Part shown: positions 1 to 8,872 of the stretch, in pieces
Numbering within the stretch: position 1 is the first letter of the stretch
Layout of the letters: every line of letters starts with the position of its first letter
DNA from: Eubacteriales bacterium
GTDB lineage: Bacteria > Bacillota > Clostridia > Oscillospirales > CAG-272
NCBI GenBank assembly: GCA_045630385.1
Contig: JAZQTA010000057.1
Location: forward strand, 14,952-78,951
Length of the DNA: 64,000 bases
Direction of reading: 5' to 3'
Program-made: the position numbers and the translations under genes
Notes under the pieces: model-generated
Told to the model about the DNA's origin: nothing
Database searches by the model: none
What the model saw: the letters and a program-made list of their open reading frames with translations, nothing else

Positions 1-733
1 CGTCCCACATTTTTTCATCCATATTTTTCTTAATAGCGGCTGCCTTATCCGCATAGAGGCGGCTCTTTTCGCTATCGCCCGAAAGAGAAAAAACGGACGA
101 AAGCGCCTTGGCATCCGCAAACATACAAGCATTCATCAAAGGGCGAAGGCCGTAAAGCCTTTGCATATCCGCCGTCGTGCCGCTGATAGAAAACTCCGTG
201 CCCTCACGATCGTCGTTTGAAAAGAAAAGCCCGTTTTCCGTTTTATGCGTTTGCTCCCAATGCTTATAATAGGCTTCGAGCGCATCCGCGCGTGCAATGA
301 GAAAATCCTCGTTTGCCGTGACGCGGCAAAAATCCACCATCGCCGCAAGCGCGGGCGCGTGGTACGCGAAGGCCTCGCCCTTGCCCGAAAGAAAGAAATC
401 GATATAATCCAAAAGATCATCGGCGTTTTTCAGCCAACGAAACTCATTCAAATGATGGGAGAGCGGTGCGTTGATCGTGTTATGCTTGCCCGCCCAGGGG
501 AGCTGCTCGTTGACGAGAAACTCCGTCAGCACGAATCCATCCTCGGTCTTTTTTATATGCTTACGCATCGTGAAGGTGCGGAAGGCAAAGGTCTCCTCGA
601 TCACGGGATCGGGGCAATAGAGCCTCGGCGCATTCTCAAGAAGAAATTTTTTCGCCTCGGCATTTGGAATATGCTGAATTACATTTTCTTCATCGTTTTC
701 AATGAATTTCTTTATATAGTCCGAATATTTCAC
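1..733 (-). CDS. Glycoside hydrolase-like protein, (alpha/alpha)6 six-hairpin type, N-terminal part (gene continues beyond left edge)
   Basis: The frame is open on the minus strand from GTG at 733-731 (GAGGTG 5 nt upstream) to position 1, with no stop. It is absent from the ORF track because it is edge-truncated. My translation reads MKYSDYIKKFIENDEENVIQHIPNAEAKKFLLENAPRLYCPDP...FAYHAPALAAMVDFCRVTANEDFLIARADALEAYYKHWEQ...LFFSNDDREGTEFSISG. This resembles the N-terminal region of GH63/MGH1/rhamnosidase-like six-hairpin enzymes, but the family cannot be assigned by eye. Confidence 0.6.
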   Translation of the reverse strand, partial: MKYSDYIKKFIENDEENVIQHIPNAEAKKFLLENAPRLYCPDPVIEETFAFRTFTMRKHIKKTEDGFVLTEFLVNEQLPWAGKHNTINAPLSHHLNEFRWLKNADDLLDYIDFFLSGKGEAFAYHAPALAAMVDFCRVTANEDFLIARADALEAYYKHWEQTHKTENGLFFSNDDREGTEFSISGTTADMQRLYGLRPLMNACMFADAKALSSVFSLSGDSEKSRLYADKAAAIKKNMDEKMWD

Positions 734-772
734 AAAAACACCTCATTTGTAAATAATTGTTGCCATAATATT

Positions 773-1555
773 TTAAAGCGTGACAAACCGCTTGCGATAC
801 GCGCCGGGTGTCACACCCGTTTGCTTTTTGAAGAAGCGGACGAAATAGCTTTCATCCTCAAAGCCGCAGGCGAGCGCCGCCTCTCCGACCGTGGCACCCG
901 CGTGAAGCAAAAGCTCCTTCGCGTGGGCGAGGCGAAGTCCGTCACGGTAGGCGAGCGGCGTTTGCCCGTAAGCCGCCGTCCACTCGCGGCGAAAATTCGT
1001 TTCGCTCATACCGCAGAGCGCGGCGAGGCGCGCGTTGGTCACCCCTTCCGAAAAATGCGCCGCAAGGTAGGCGCGCGCGGAGGACAAGCGCGACCTTCGA
1101 GCCGCATCCACGCCCACCTCTCTTTGGGCGAGCGAAAGGATCTCGTAAAGGCAGGCCATAGAAGCAAGCTCGCTTCCTGCATGCGGTGCGCGCCAAAGCG
1201 ATGAGATGCGCTCGAAAAGATGCGCGTACGCCGGATCGGTGGCGGGAAAAACGCAAAAATCCTCGCAAAGCGACAAGGGCGGCGCGCTTGTGGGGGCAAG
1301 GTCGAAATTCACCGTGTAATGATGAAAGGCTTGCGGAATATGCACCGCGTAGGCGGCGTTTTTGGAAAGAAGGATCACCTCTCCCGCGTGCACGGCACGG
1401 CGCGTACCGTTCAAAAAACGATATTCCGCCTCACCCTCCGTGGCAAACACGACGCCGTATTGCCCGCGCCCTGAAGAATAATCGCATCGGTGCTCCTTAT
1501 CCAGAACGAATGCGTGCGCAATACCGATCGATCGAATGCAAAATGAAAAATCCAT
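773..1555 (-). CDS. AraC family transcriptional regulator (cupin sensor + HTH)
   Basis: This is track ORF 773..1663, trimmed to the internal start MDFSFCIRS. The C-terminal AraC HTH reads ...ACGFEDESYFVRFFKKQTGVTPGAYRK. The gene is divergent from the isomerase/GH genes. Confidence 0.85.
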   Translation of the reverse strand: MDFSFCIRSIGIAHAFVLDKEHRCDYSSGRGQYGVVFATEGEAEYRFLNGTRRAVHAGEVILLSKNAAYAVHIPQAFHHYTVNFDLAPTSAPPLSLCEDFCVFPATDPAYAHLFERISSLWRAPHAGSELASMACLYEILSLAQREVGVDAARRSRLSSARAYLAAHFSEGVTNARLAALCGMSETNFRREWTAAYGQTPLAYRDGLRLAHAKELLLHAGATVGEAALACGFEDESYFVRFFKKQTGVTPGAYRKRFVTL

Positions 1556-1708
1556 CACACACCTCTGCACTTTTTTGGTTCTATTATACACGGCATTTTT
1601 TTCTTTGTCAACAAAAAATGGACAGATCGTACCAAAAATGGGCAATTTGTTTCTTGCACTCACGCTCGCTTCGTGTTAAAATAAAGAAAAAACGATCGGA
1701 GAAGTCAC

Positions 1709-3136
1709 GTGAAAAAAGCCAAGATCGCCCTTGTCACATTGGGGCATTATATTTATTTTCAACAATTTGAAGGACTGCGCGAGGAGCTCGCAAAAAAAGG
1801 GGACGAGTTTGAAAGCCTTCTGAAAAAAGAGGATTGCGAGGTATATAACGCAGGCTACGTTGACTGTGTAGAGGATGCCTTTTCGGCGGTACGCGCACTG
1901 AAGAAAGAGGACGTTGACCTTCTTTTCGTGGTGCTCTCCACCTACGTTCCCTCTTCCGTCCCCGCGCAATTTGCCAAATATCTCCCCGTGCCACAGGTCC
2001 TCGTCGGCATTCAGCCCTTAAATCATCTGGACTATTCCCGCACCACCACCTATATGCAGCTTTGCAACGATGACGTTTGCGCCATGCCCGAGGCCACGGG
2101 CGTATACCGCCGCCTCGGCAGAAGCATTCCGCCCTGCCTCGTTGCCTCGGCCTCCATGGATGCTTACATTCAAGGAGAGATCCACGAATGGATCTGCGCC
2201 GCGAGTGCCGCGGCGGCCTTCAAATACGAAACGGTCGGCTATCTCGGGCACACCTATGAGGGTATGTACGATATGCACACCGACCCCACCGCCTTCACCG
2301 CATCCTTCGGCGCGCACGTGAAGATGCTGGAGATCTGCGAGCTTGCAAGGATCGCCGACACCGTGACCGAGGAGGAAACGAAAAAGGAGATCGCGCACAT
2401 CAAAGAGATCTTCGAAATCTGCGATCCCTCAAACGATCCCTTGACCGACTTCGTGAAGGATGCGGATCTCGCCCTTTCGGCGCGCATCTCCGTGGCGCTC
2501 AAAGGGCTCGTGGAGCAAAACAAGCTCTGCGCACTTGCCTATTACTATAAGGGAGAGAAGGATACGCCCTACGAAACGCTCGCCGCCAATCTCATTATCG
2601 GCAACACGCTTCTCACCTCCTCGGGCACGCCGCTTGCGGGCGAAGCGGATCTGAAAACGGCGGCGGCCATGCTGATCATGAAGGCGCTTGGAGGCGGCGG
2701 CTCGTTTGCCGAGATCCATCCCTTTGATACGGACAGCGACGTCGTGCTCGTCGGTCATGACGGACCGCATCATATCGGCATCTCCGAGGGCAAGCCGCGC
2801 CTACGCAAGCTCAAAAAATACCACGGAAAATCCGGCTCGGGCATCGGCGTTGAATTTTCGCTCCGCTCCGGCCCCGTCACGATTCTCTCGGTTTCGGTGG
2901 GAGCGGACGGAAAAATGCGGATGGTCGCCGCAGAAGGCGAATCTCTTCCCGGCGAGATCCCGCAGACGGGCAACACCAATACGCGCGTCAGCTTCGGATG
3001 CCCCGTGCATGAATTTCTCTCTCGCTGGTGCGAGGCAGGGCCGACGCATCACTTCGCGCTCGGCATCGGCCACCGTGTTTCCGCCCTGAAAAAATTTTCC
3101 GAGATCAGCGGCATTCCTCTGACGGTTATAAAATAA
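1709..3136 (+). CDS. L-arabinose/L-fucose isomerase family sugar isomerase
   Basis: The ORF is 475 aa. The N-terminus (KIALVTLGHYIYFQQFEGL) and overall length and layout are typical of the AraA/FucI-like isomerase family. It is followed 12 nt later by a GH gene. Confidence 0.7.
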   Translation: MKKAKIALVTLGHYIYFQQFEGLREELAKKGDEFESLLKKEDCEVYNAGYVDCVEDAFSAVRALKKEDVDLLFVVLSTYVPSSVPAQFAKYLPVPQVLVGIQPLNHLDYSRTTTYMQLCNDDVCAMPEATGVYRRLGRSIPPCLVASASMDAYIQGEIHEWICAASAAAAFKYETVGYLGHTYEGMYDMHTDPTAFTASFGAHVKMLEICELARIADTVTEEETKKEIAHIKEIFEICDPSNDPLTDFVKDADLALSARISVALKGLVEQNKLCALAYYYKGEKDTPYETLAANLIIGNTLLTSSGTPLAGEADLKTAAAMLIMKALGGGGSFAEIHPFDTDSDVVLVGHDGPHHIGISEGKPRLRKLKKYHGKSGSGIGVEFSLRSGPVTILSVSVGADGKMRMVAAEGESLPGEIPQTGNTNTRVSFGCPVHEFLSRWCEAGPTHHFALGIGHRVSALKKFSEISGIPLTVIK

Positions 3137-3148
3137 AGGAGCGCTTCT

Positions 3149-6148
3149 ATGAACTACGAAAGCTTTAAAAATCCCGCGCCGCTTTTTTACGGCACGGACT
3201 TCTGGATGCTGAACGGCGAGCTGACCGACGAGGGGATCGAGCATCATCTGAAGGAAATGCACGACAAGGGGGTGCACTGCTTTATCGCGCGCACCTATCT
3301 CGGTCTGCGCTCGGACTACCCCGGCCCGCGCTTCAAAAAAAGCCTGAAAAAAATCATTGAAACCGCAAAGGCGCTCGGCATGCGCCTGTTCCTGCAGGCG
3401 GGCTATATGCCCGAGGCCGTCCCCGGTCTTCCCTCCGATCACGCGCTCCGCTATATCTATCCCGTAAAAAAGGGAGAGGAAAACGGCAGGCGCATTCTTT
3501 GCGAGAAAAACGGGCTCTCCTTCGTGGAGCACAACTCCGAAACCTTCCTTGATATGTTCGATGCCGTTGCCATGGATCATTATCTGAAGGTATGCTACGA
3601 GGATATGTGGGCGGAATTTTCGGACGAATACGGAAAAACCGTTCTCTCCGTCTGGGTGGATGAGCCGAGCTACAACGGCGCGTATCTCCCCTATACCGGC
3701 AGTCTGGAGGCGCTTTTTGAAAAGCGCTACGGATACACGCTTGCCGATAAGGTGTGGATGCTTTACTATGACGGCGAGGGGGCGCAGACGCTTCGCTATC
3801 ACTACCGCGTGCTGATGCGGGATCTTCTGCAGGAAAACTACTTCGAAAAGGTCAGCGCATGGTGCAAGGCGCACTCTCTGCTTTTCTCGGGACATCTGAT
3901 GATGGAGGAAACCACCGTTTCTCAAATCCTGCGCGCGCAGGCCACCATGCCCTATTACCGTTATTTTGACATTCCCGGCATTGACGTTTTGCGCGCAAGA
4001 ATGCCGTTTACCGACGATCCCGTGACCGATCCCGATCCCACCGAGCGGCACTTCACCCTTTACAACGTGGCTCTGCAATGCACCTCGGCGGCAAGACAAT
4101 CGGGGAAAAAGCACGTTCTTGCCGAAATGTACGGCGTGAGCGGCGAGGGCTTTTCCTTCCGCCACATGATCTCCATGTTTGATTCCTACGCCGCCATGGG
4201 CATCAACCACCGCAGCGTGCACGGCATCTTCTACACCCTGCACGGCCGCGGAAAGCGCGCCTATCCGCCGCACGTCGGCTACTATCAGCCCTACTGGCCA
4301 AAATACAAGCATATCACAGATTACTGCGCGCGCGTGAGCGCCTTTATCTCCGAGGGAGAAAGCGCCTCGGACACCGCGGTCCTGCATCCCTTGGAAAGCG
4401 CTTATATGCTCTTCCGCGGCTCGGATAAGGGCGAAGAGCGCCGCATGGGCGATAAGGAAATACAGCGCCTCGACGGTGCCTTCTACGAGCTTTTGAAATC
4501 TCTTAAGAGCACGGGGCGGGAATTTGACCTTGCCGATCTCGCATCGATCCGCGACATCGGCGGCACCGAGGGCGGCCGTCTGACGGTCGGCTGCGCAAAA
4601 TACAAAACGGTGATTTTGCCAAGCCTCAAGGTGATCACCTCGGACGCGCTTTGCCTTTTGGAAAAAATGGCGGCCGACGGCGGTCGCATTCTCCGCCTCG
4701 GAGATGCGCCGACCTATCTTGACGGATACGAAAGCGAGGATGCGAAAAAACGGATCGAGGCCATCAGCCAAAAAGCCGAAAGCACCGCCGCCCTTCTTTC
4801 TCTGCTTCCCTCTCCCGCCGTCTGCATTCGCGGCGCAGGCGCGCAAAACCTTTTGATCAACCGCCGCATTTGCGAAAACGGAGAGAAACTTTTCATTTAT
4901 AACACCGACTGCCAAAGATCCGCCTCGGTTTCCCTCACCGCGCCCGCGATCGGCGCGCTTTACCGCTACGATGCCCTCACGGCCGCTATAGAGGCATATC
5001 CCTACGCAAAGCACGGCGACCGCATCGAGGCAGAGCTGAGCCTTGCCCCCGGCGGCAGCATTCTGCTGTCCTTCGAAAAAGAAGTACGCGCGGATGCAAA
5101 TCCCACGCATACGGCCGATGCGCCGCGCCTCTGCCTACCGCTTCGCGGCGCTTGGGAAGCACGCGCCGAGGGAGAGAACACCCTTTTGCTTGAATACTGC
5201 CGCTATAAAAAAGGTGACGGCGAATTTTCAAGGCCGCTCCCCATTATGGCGATCCAGCGTCTTTTGAGCGCGGAGGGCTATCACGGACCGCTCACGCTTC
5301 GCTACACCGTAAAGACCGAGGATGCCCTCTCCGACCTCTGCCTTGCGCTGGAGGATCCTGTTGATCAGGAAATTTTTCTTGACGGAAAGCGGATCGAAAA
5401 CGGCGCAGAGGGCTATTTTTACGAAAAAACCTTTGAGCGCGTCAGGCTCGGCACGCTTGACAAAGGTCTGCACACGCTTGAAATACAGCGGCACTTCCGT
5501 CCCCTCTCCCGCGTGACGAACGCGCTGACACAGCTTTTCGAAACGCGCTACGGCGTGGAGCTTGAGCCAATGTACCTTCTCGGCCGCTTTGCCGTGAAGG
5601 GATATGCCACCGCAAGCCAAAACGGCGCGATTACCCTCGAAAACGATTTCTCGCTGATTGCCGCCGCCGAGCCCTTTGAGGCGCGGGGCGAGATCACGGT
5701 GGAGGGCTACCCCTTCTTCGTTGGAAAAATGCAGCTGAAAAAGCGTTTTTCCGTTCCCCGCGGTCAATGCACGGCCAACGCGTATTTCTCTCTCGGCGTG
5801 CTGAACGCCGCTTGCGCCGAGGTCCTCGTAAACGGCGTATCCGTCGGTGATATCTGCCGCGCCCCTGCAAGCATTCCGATCGGCGAAGCGCTCACCGAAG
5901 GAGAAAACGAGATCACGCTCCGTCTTTACACCACCCTTTTCAATATCATCGGTCCGTTCCACCGTCCGCTCGGCAACGTGGGCAACACCTTCGGCGGCGG
6001 TTATAAGAACCCCGACGCCGCATGGCTCTCCGTGAACACCGACGTTCCCGACTGGCAAGCGCACATGGAGGATTTCTACCCCACTTGGACGGATCAGTAT
6101 AACGTATCCCCTCTCGGCATCGGGCTTGGCACCATTGAATTTTTATAA
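3149..6148 (+). CDS. Large cytoplasmic glycoside hydrolase-like protein (family not assignable)
   Basis: The ORF is 999 aa with RBS AAAGGAG and no signal peptide. The N-terminal region (FWMLNGELTDEGIEHHLKEMHDKGVHCFIARTYLGLRSDYPGP...LFLQAGYMPE) looks like a TIM-barrel GH and is followed by beta-sandwich-like C-terminal domains. The gene context is sugar-related. Confidence 0.55.
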   Translation: MNYESFKNPAPLFYGTDFWMLNGELTDEGIEHHLKEMHDKGVHCFIARTYLGLRSDYPGPRFKKSLKKIIETAKALGMRLFLQAGYMPEAVPGLPSDHALRYIYPVKKGEENGRRILCEKNGLSFVEHNSETFLDMFDAVAMDHYLKVCYEDMWAEFSDEYGKTVLSVWVDEPSYNGAYLPYTGSLEALFEKRYGYTLADKVWMLYYDGEGAQTLRYHYRVLMRDLLQENYFEKVSAWCKAHSLLFSGHLMMEETTVSQILRAQATMPYYRYFDIPGIDVLRARMPFTDDPVTDPDPTERHFTLYNVALQCTSAARQSGKKHVLAEMYGVSGEGFSFRHMISMFDSYAAMGINHRSVHGIFYTLHGRGKRAYPPHVGYYQPYWPKYKHITDYCARVSAFISEGESASDTAVLHPLESAYMLFRGSDKGEERRMGDKEIQRLDGAFYELLKSLKSTGREFDLADLASIRDIGGTEGGRLTVGCAKYKTVILPSLKVITSDALCLLEKMAADGGRILRLGDAPTYLDGYESEDAKKRIEAISQKAESTAALLSLLPSPAVCIRGAGAQNLLINRRICENGEKLFIYNTDCQRSASVSLTAPAIGALYRYDALTAAIEAYPYAKHGDRIEAELSLAPGGSILLSFEKEVRADANPTHTADAPRLCLPLRGAWEARAEGENTLLLEYCRYKKGDGEFSRPLPIMAIQRLLSAEGYHGPLTLRYTVKTEDALSDLCLALEDPVDQEIFLDGKRIENGAEGYFYEKTFERVRLGTLDKGLHTLEIQRHFRPLSRVTNALTQLFETRYGVELEPMYLLGRFAVKGYATASQNGAITLENDFSLIAAAEPFEARGEITVEGYPFFVGKMQLKKRFSVPRGQCTANAYFSLGVLNAACAEVLVNGVSVGDICRAPASIPIGEALTEGENEITLRLYTTLFNIIGPFHRPLGNVGNTFGGGYKNPDAAWLSVNTDVPDWQAHMEDFYPTWTDQYNVSPLGIGLGTIEFL

Positions 6149-6198
6149 AATCCCTGCGACAGAGAGCAAAATTATCCTGAATACAACGCAAAGGAGCT

Positions 6199-6500
6199 GT
6201 CTCATTAAGAATTCAACAAAATCAAGGCGAAATGTGAAAAGATAAAGCAAGAATAATATGTGAAGCGAATTCTTAATGAGAACAGCACCGTGGGGCGAAC
6301 GGATTTGGAGCAGAAATTTTCGGCTAACGAGCGAGAGGCGTAGAAACCTACGCCGAGCGAGGAAACGGAAATAGAATAAAAAACTTTAATTAGATGGAGA
6401 AAACCGCAGGTTTTCAACCTTAATACTTCTAAAATTGCATAAAGCAACGGCAGAAACACTGTTTTTTAACAATGCTCCTGCCGTTTTTTATTCGGTTATA
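6199..6500 (+). repeat. Copy A of a repeated intergenic element (80-nt inverted-repeat hairpin module + conserved terminator module, with about 130-nt extra insert)
   Basis: The arms CTCATTAAGAATTC (6201-6214) and GAATTCTTAATGAG (6267-6280) form a perfect inverted repeat. The tail TAAAATTGCATAAAGCAACGGCAGAAACACTGTTTTTTAACAATGCTCCTGCCGTTTTTTATTCGGTTAT is nearly identical to the reverse complement of 36316-36375. The hairpin module is about 75-80 percent identical by eye to the reverse complement of 36395-36482. Confidence 0.75.
6446..6489 (+). terminator. Rho-independent terminator (part of repeat element copy A)
   Basis: AACGGCAGAAACACTGTT / AACAATGCTCCTGCCGTT forms a long imperfect stem followed by TTTTTT. 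It lies downstream of the 3149..6148 gene. Confidence 0.7.
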
Positions 6501-6680
6501 ATCAAGCGAAGCATATCTGCAAGCTTGCTTGCAAGTATGCGAGCGCAGATTGCTCGCGAGAGCATTCGCTTCCGGCGAATGCAGCACGCAGTGCCCGCTT
6601 TCGCGGTTCTCTCGCGATAAGAGTATGCCTAAATGCGACAGCCCTTTTTTGCATCCTTAAAAGAGATTTCTACTTTTTTG

Positions 6681-6709
6681 TTGACACACCCCCGCGCGAG
6701 TGATATAAT
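6681..6709 (+). promoter_or_regulatory. Sigma-A type promoter for the 6745.. operon
   Basis: TTGACA (6681-6686), an exact 17-nt spacer, and TATAAT (6704-6709), located 36 nt upstream of the ATG. Confidence 0.7.
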
Positions 6710-6744
6710 AGGAGAACAAAGATTTAACAGATGGAGAAAAAGAC

Positions 6745-8031
6745 ATGTTTGAGCTTCATTTAAAGGACACCTTGGAGTACGACGTCGCCGTGATCGGCGG
6801 CGGTGTTGCGGGTACGGCGGCGGCAATTACGGCCGCAAGAGCGGGCGCGCGCGTGATCCTCGTTGAGCGCGGCGGCAGTCTCGGCGGCACGCTGACCGAG
6901 GGCTTTATGCCGATCCTCCTCGATTCGGACAACAAGGGCGGCATCGTCCGCGAGCTTTATTCCTTTCTGGATGCGCACGGCATGACCTGTAAAAGGAAGG
7001 GCGACCGCACGGATGCCGAGGGTAAGCGCATCCCCGGGCAGATGGTGGATACCGAGGGCTGCAAGGTCTTTCTCGACCGCGCTTGCCGCGAGGCAGGCGT
7101 GAAGGTGCTCTTTTACAGCCAGGTCGCGGCGGTGGATAGGAAGGACGGAAAAATCGAAAGTGCCCTGATCGTCACCGAATGCAACAATCTCGCGATCGAG
7201 GCCAAAATATTCGTCGACGCTACGGGCGGCGGCTATCTTTCGCACCTTGCGGGATGCGAGTGGGAATGCGGCGATCCCTTTGAAAAGCGCCCCTCCCCCA
7301 CGAGTATGGGGCTCTGCGCGGTCGGTATGCCGAAGGACTATAACGGCACGGACAACGCGGAAAACAAGGCCGCCTACGGCAAAATGCTCGAAGGCCACGG
7401 CATCAAGGCAAGCTCAGGGCTCGTGAGCGTGACGAAGCTTCCCTCCCTCGCTACCTGGGATATGGGAACGAACTTCCAATATGACGTGATGCCGGGCGAT
7501 ATCGATGCGCTTTCGGGCGCCGTGCTGGACGGCAGAGGCGAGATCTTCGACATCATCGAGGCGCACAAGAGAATTCCGGGCTACGAGGGGCTCTATACCG
7601 TTTTCACAAGCACGCATATCGGCATCCGCGAGGGGCGCCGCATTTACGGCGAATACCGCATCACGGACGAGGATATTTTGGACGGCCGCCGTTTTGAGGA
7701 CGGCGTCTGCCTCGTCACCGCGGGCGTGGACGTGCATCGGCTGAAAAAGGACGATACCGACGAATGCTCCCGCGGCTACAAGGCAAAGCCCTTCCATATT
7801 CCCTACCGCGCCCTGCTCCCGAAGGGCGTAAAAAACCTTCTTCTTGCGGGCAGATGCCTCTCGGGTGACTTCTATCCCCACGCCGCCTATCGCATGATGG
7901 GCAACATGACCGCCACGGGCGAGGCCGCAGGCTTTGCGGCAGCGGAATGCATAAAGCAAAGCATATTCCCGACGCAAATCAACGGCTCTGCCGTGCGCGC
8001 CTTTATGGAATCGCGCGGCTATACGCTGTAA
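6745..8031 (+). CDS. FAD-dependent oxidoreductase (PF12831-like)
   Basis: The ORF is 428 aa. It has an N-terminal Rossmann motif, YDVAVIGGGVAGTAAAITAARAGARVILVERGGSLGGT, and is a paralogue of 10871..12388. Confidence 0.8.
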   Translation: MFELHLKDTLEYDVAVIGGGVAGTAAAITAARAGARVILVERGGSLGGTLTEGFMPILLDSDNKGGIVRELYSFLDAHGMTCKRKGDRTDAEGKRIPGQMVDTEGCKVFLDRACREAGVKVLFYSQVAAVDRKDGKIESALIVTECNNLAIEAKIFVDATGGGYLSHLAGCEWECGDPFEKRPSPTSMGLCAVGMPKDYNGTDNAENKAAYGKMLEGHGIKASSGLVSVTKLPSLATWDMGTNFQYDVMPGDIDALSGAVLDGRGEIFDIIEAHKRIPGYEGLYTVFTSTHIGIREGRRIYGEYRITDEDILDGRRFEDGVCLVTAGVDVHRLKKDDTDECSRGYKAKPFHIPYRALLPKGVKNLLLAGRCLSGDFYPHAAYRMMGNMTATGEAAGFAAAECIKQSIFPTQINGSAVRAFMESRGYTL

Positions 8032-8041
8032 AGGAGATAAA

Positions 8042-8824
8042 ATGAGCTGCGAGATCATTGATTTTCACACACACCCCTTCACGGACGATATATCGAATAT
8101 CTGCACTCACCAAGCGCTTTGCCGCCTGAAGACCGAAAATATAAAGGACGAGCTTTCCGCCCTCGGCATTTCGCGCATCTGCGGCTCCGTGATCCGAAGA
8201 AAAACGGACGAGGCGTCCGATTGGGAGCGGCTGAAGCGATGCAACGAGGATGCGCTCCGCCTGCGAGAAATTCTCGGCGATTTCTATATTCCCGGCTTTC
8301 ACGTGCATCCGGATTATATAGAGGAATCCGTCAAGGAGATCCACCGCATGAAAAGGGAGGGCGTGCGCCTCATGGGTGAGCTCGTTCCCTATTCCTCGGG
8401 CTGGGAGGATTTGACCGCGGCGGGCTTCGATGCGATCCTTGACGAGGCGGAAGCATGCGGCATGATACTCAGCCTCCATTCGGATGAAAATTACGATACG
8501 TGGGACGAAATGGTTCGCCGCCACAAAAATCTAACGATCGTCGCCGCGCACCCGGGCGAATATCCGAGGCTCATGCGCCATATTGCGCGCGCAAAAATCA
8601 GCGAAAACTACTATCTCGATCTATCCGGCACCGGGCTTTTTCGCTACGGCATGCTCGCGCGCGCCGTGAAGGAGATGGGTGCGGATCACGTGCTTTTCGG
8701 AACGGACTATCCCACCTGCACCCCCGGTATGTACGTTGGCGGCGTGACCTTCGATAAGTTTCTCACCGAAGAAGAAAAAGCTCTCGTCCTTGCGGGCAAC
8801 GCAAAGCGCTTGCTGAATTTGTAA
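8042..8824 (+). CDS. Amidohydrolase-2 family metal-dependent hydrolase
   Basis: The ORF is 260 aa with IIDFHTHPF (an HxH metal motif) at the N-terminus and FGTDYP near the C-terminus. The RBS is AAAGGAG. Confidence 0.75.
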   Translation: MSCEIIDFHTHPFTDDISNICTHQALCRLKTENIKDELSALGISRICGSVIRRKTDEASDWERLKRCNEDALRLREILGDFYIPGFHVHPDYIEESVKEIHRMKREGVRLMGELVPYSSGWEDLTAAGFDAILDEAEACGMILSLHSDENYDTWDEMVRRHKNLTIVAAHPGEYPRLMRHIARAKISENYYLDLSGTGLFRYGMLARAVKEMGADHVLFGTDYPTCTPGMYVGGVTFDKFLTEEEKALVLAGNAKRLLNL

Positions 8825-8872
8825 GAGCCCTTTTATGCACCGCATATTTTTAACTGCAGAGGAAAAGAAAAA

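Noticed and set aside
245-1204. 319-aa plus-strand ORF from the track.
   Set aside because: It spans the boundary of two convincing minus-strand genes. It is Arg/Lys/Gly-rich with no recognisable motif and has no RBS. This is a typical antisense artefact in GC-rich DNA.
2801-5110. 769-aa minus-strand ORF. Similar long antisense ORFs occur at 11195..12463, 19944..21701, 24039..25367, 28191..29243, 40371..41879, 42447..44069, 44691..45695, 45701..46744, 53999..55006 and 62500..63681.
   Set aside because: Each lies fully antisense to a gene with strong family motifs. The translations are Ala/Gly/Arg/Val-rich and low in information, without RBSs or domain-like patterns.
6146-6280. A hydrophobic peptide of about 20 aa (MRQLLCVVFRIILLSVAGIL) on the minus strand inside repeat element copy A, considered as a possible type I toxin.
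   Set aside because: There is no Shine-Dalgarno sequence upstream of the ATG. The ATG is part of the inverted-repeat arm. The corresponding frame in copy B encodes an unrelated sequence.
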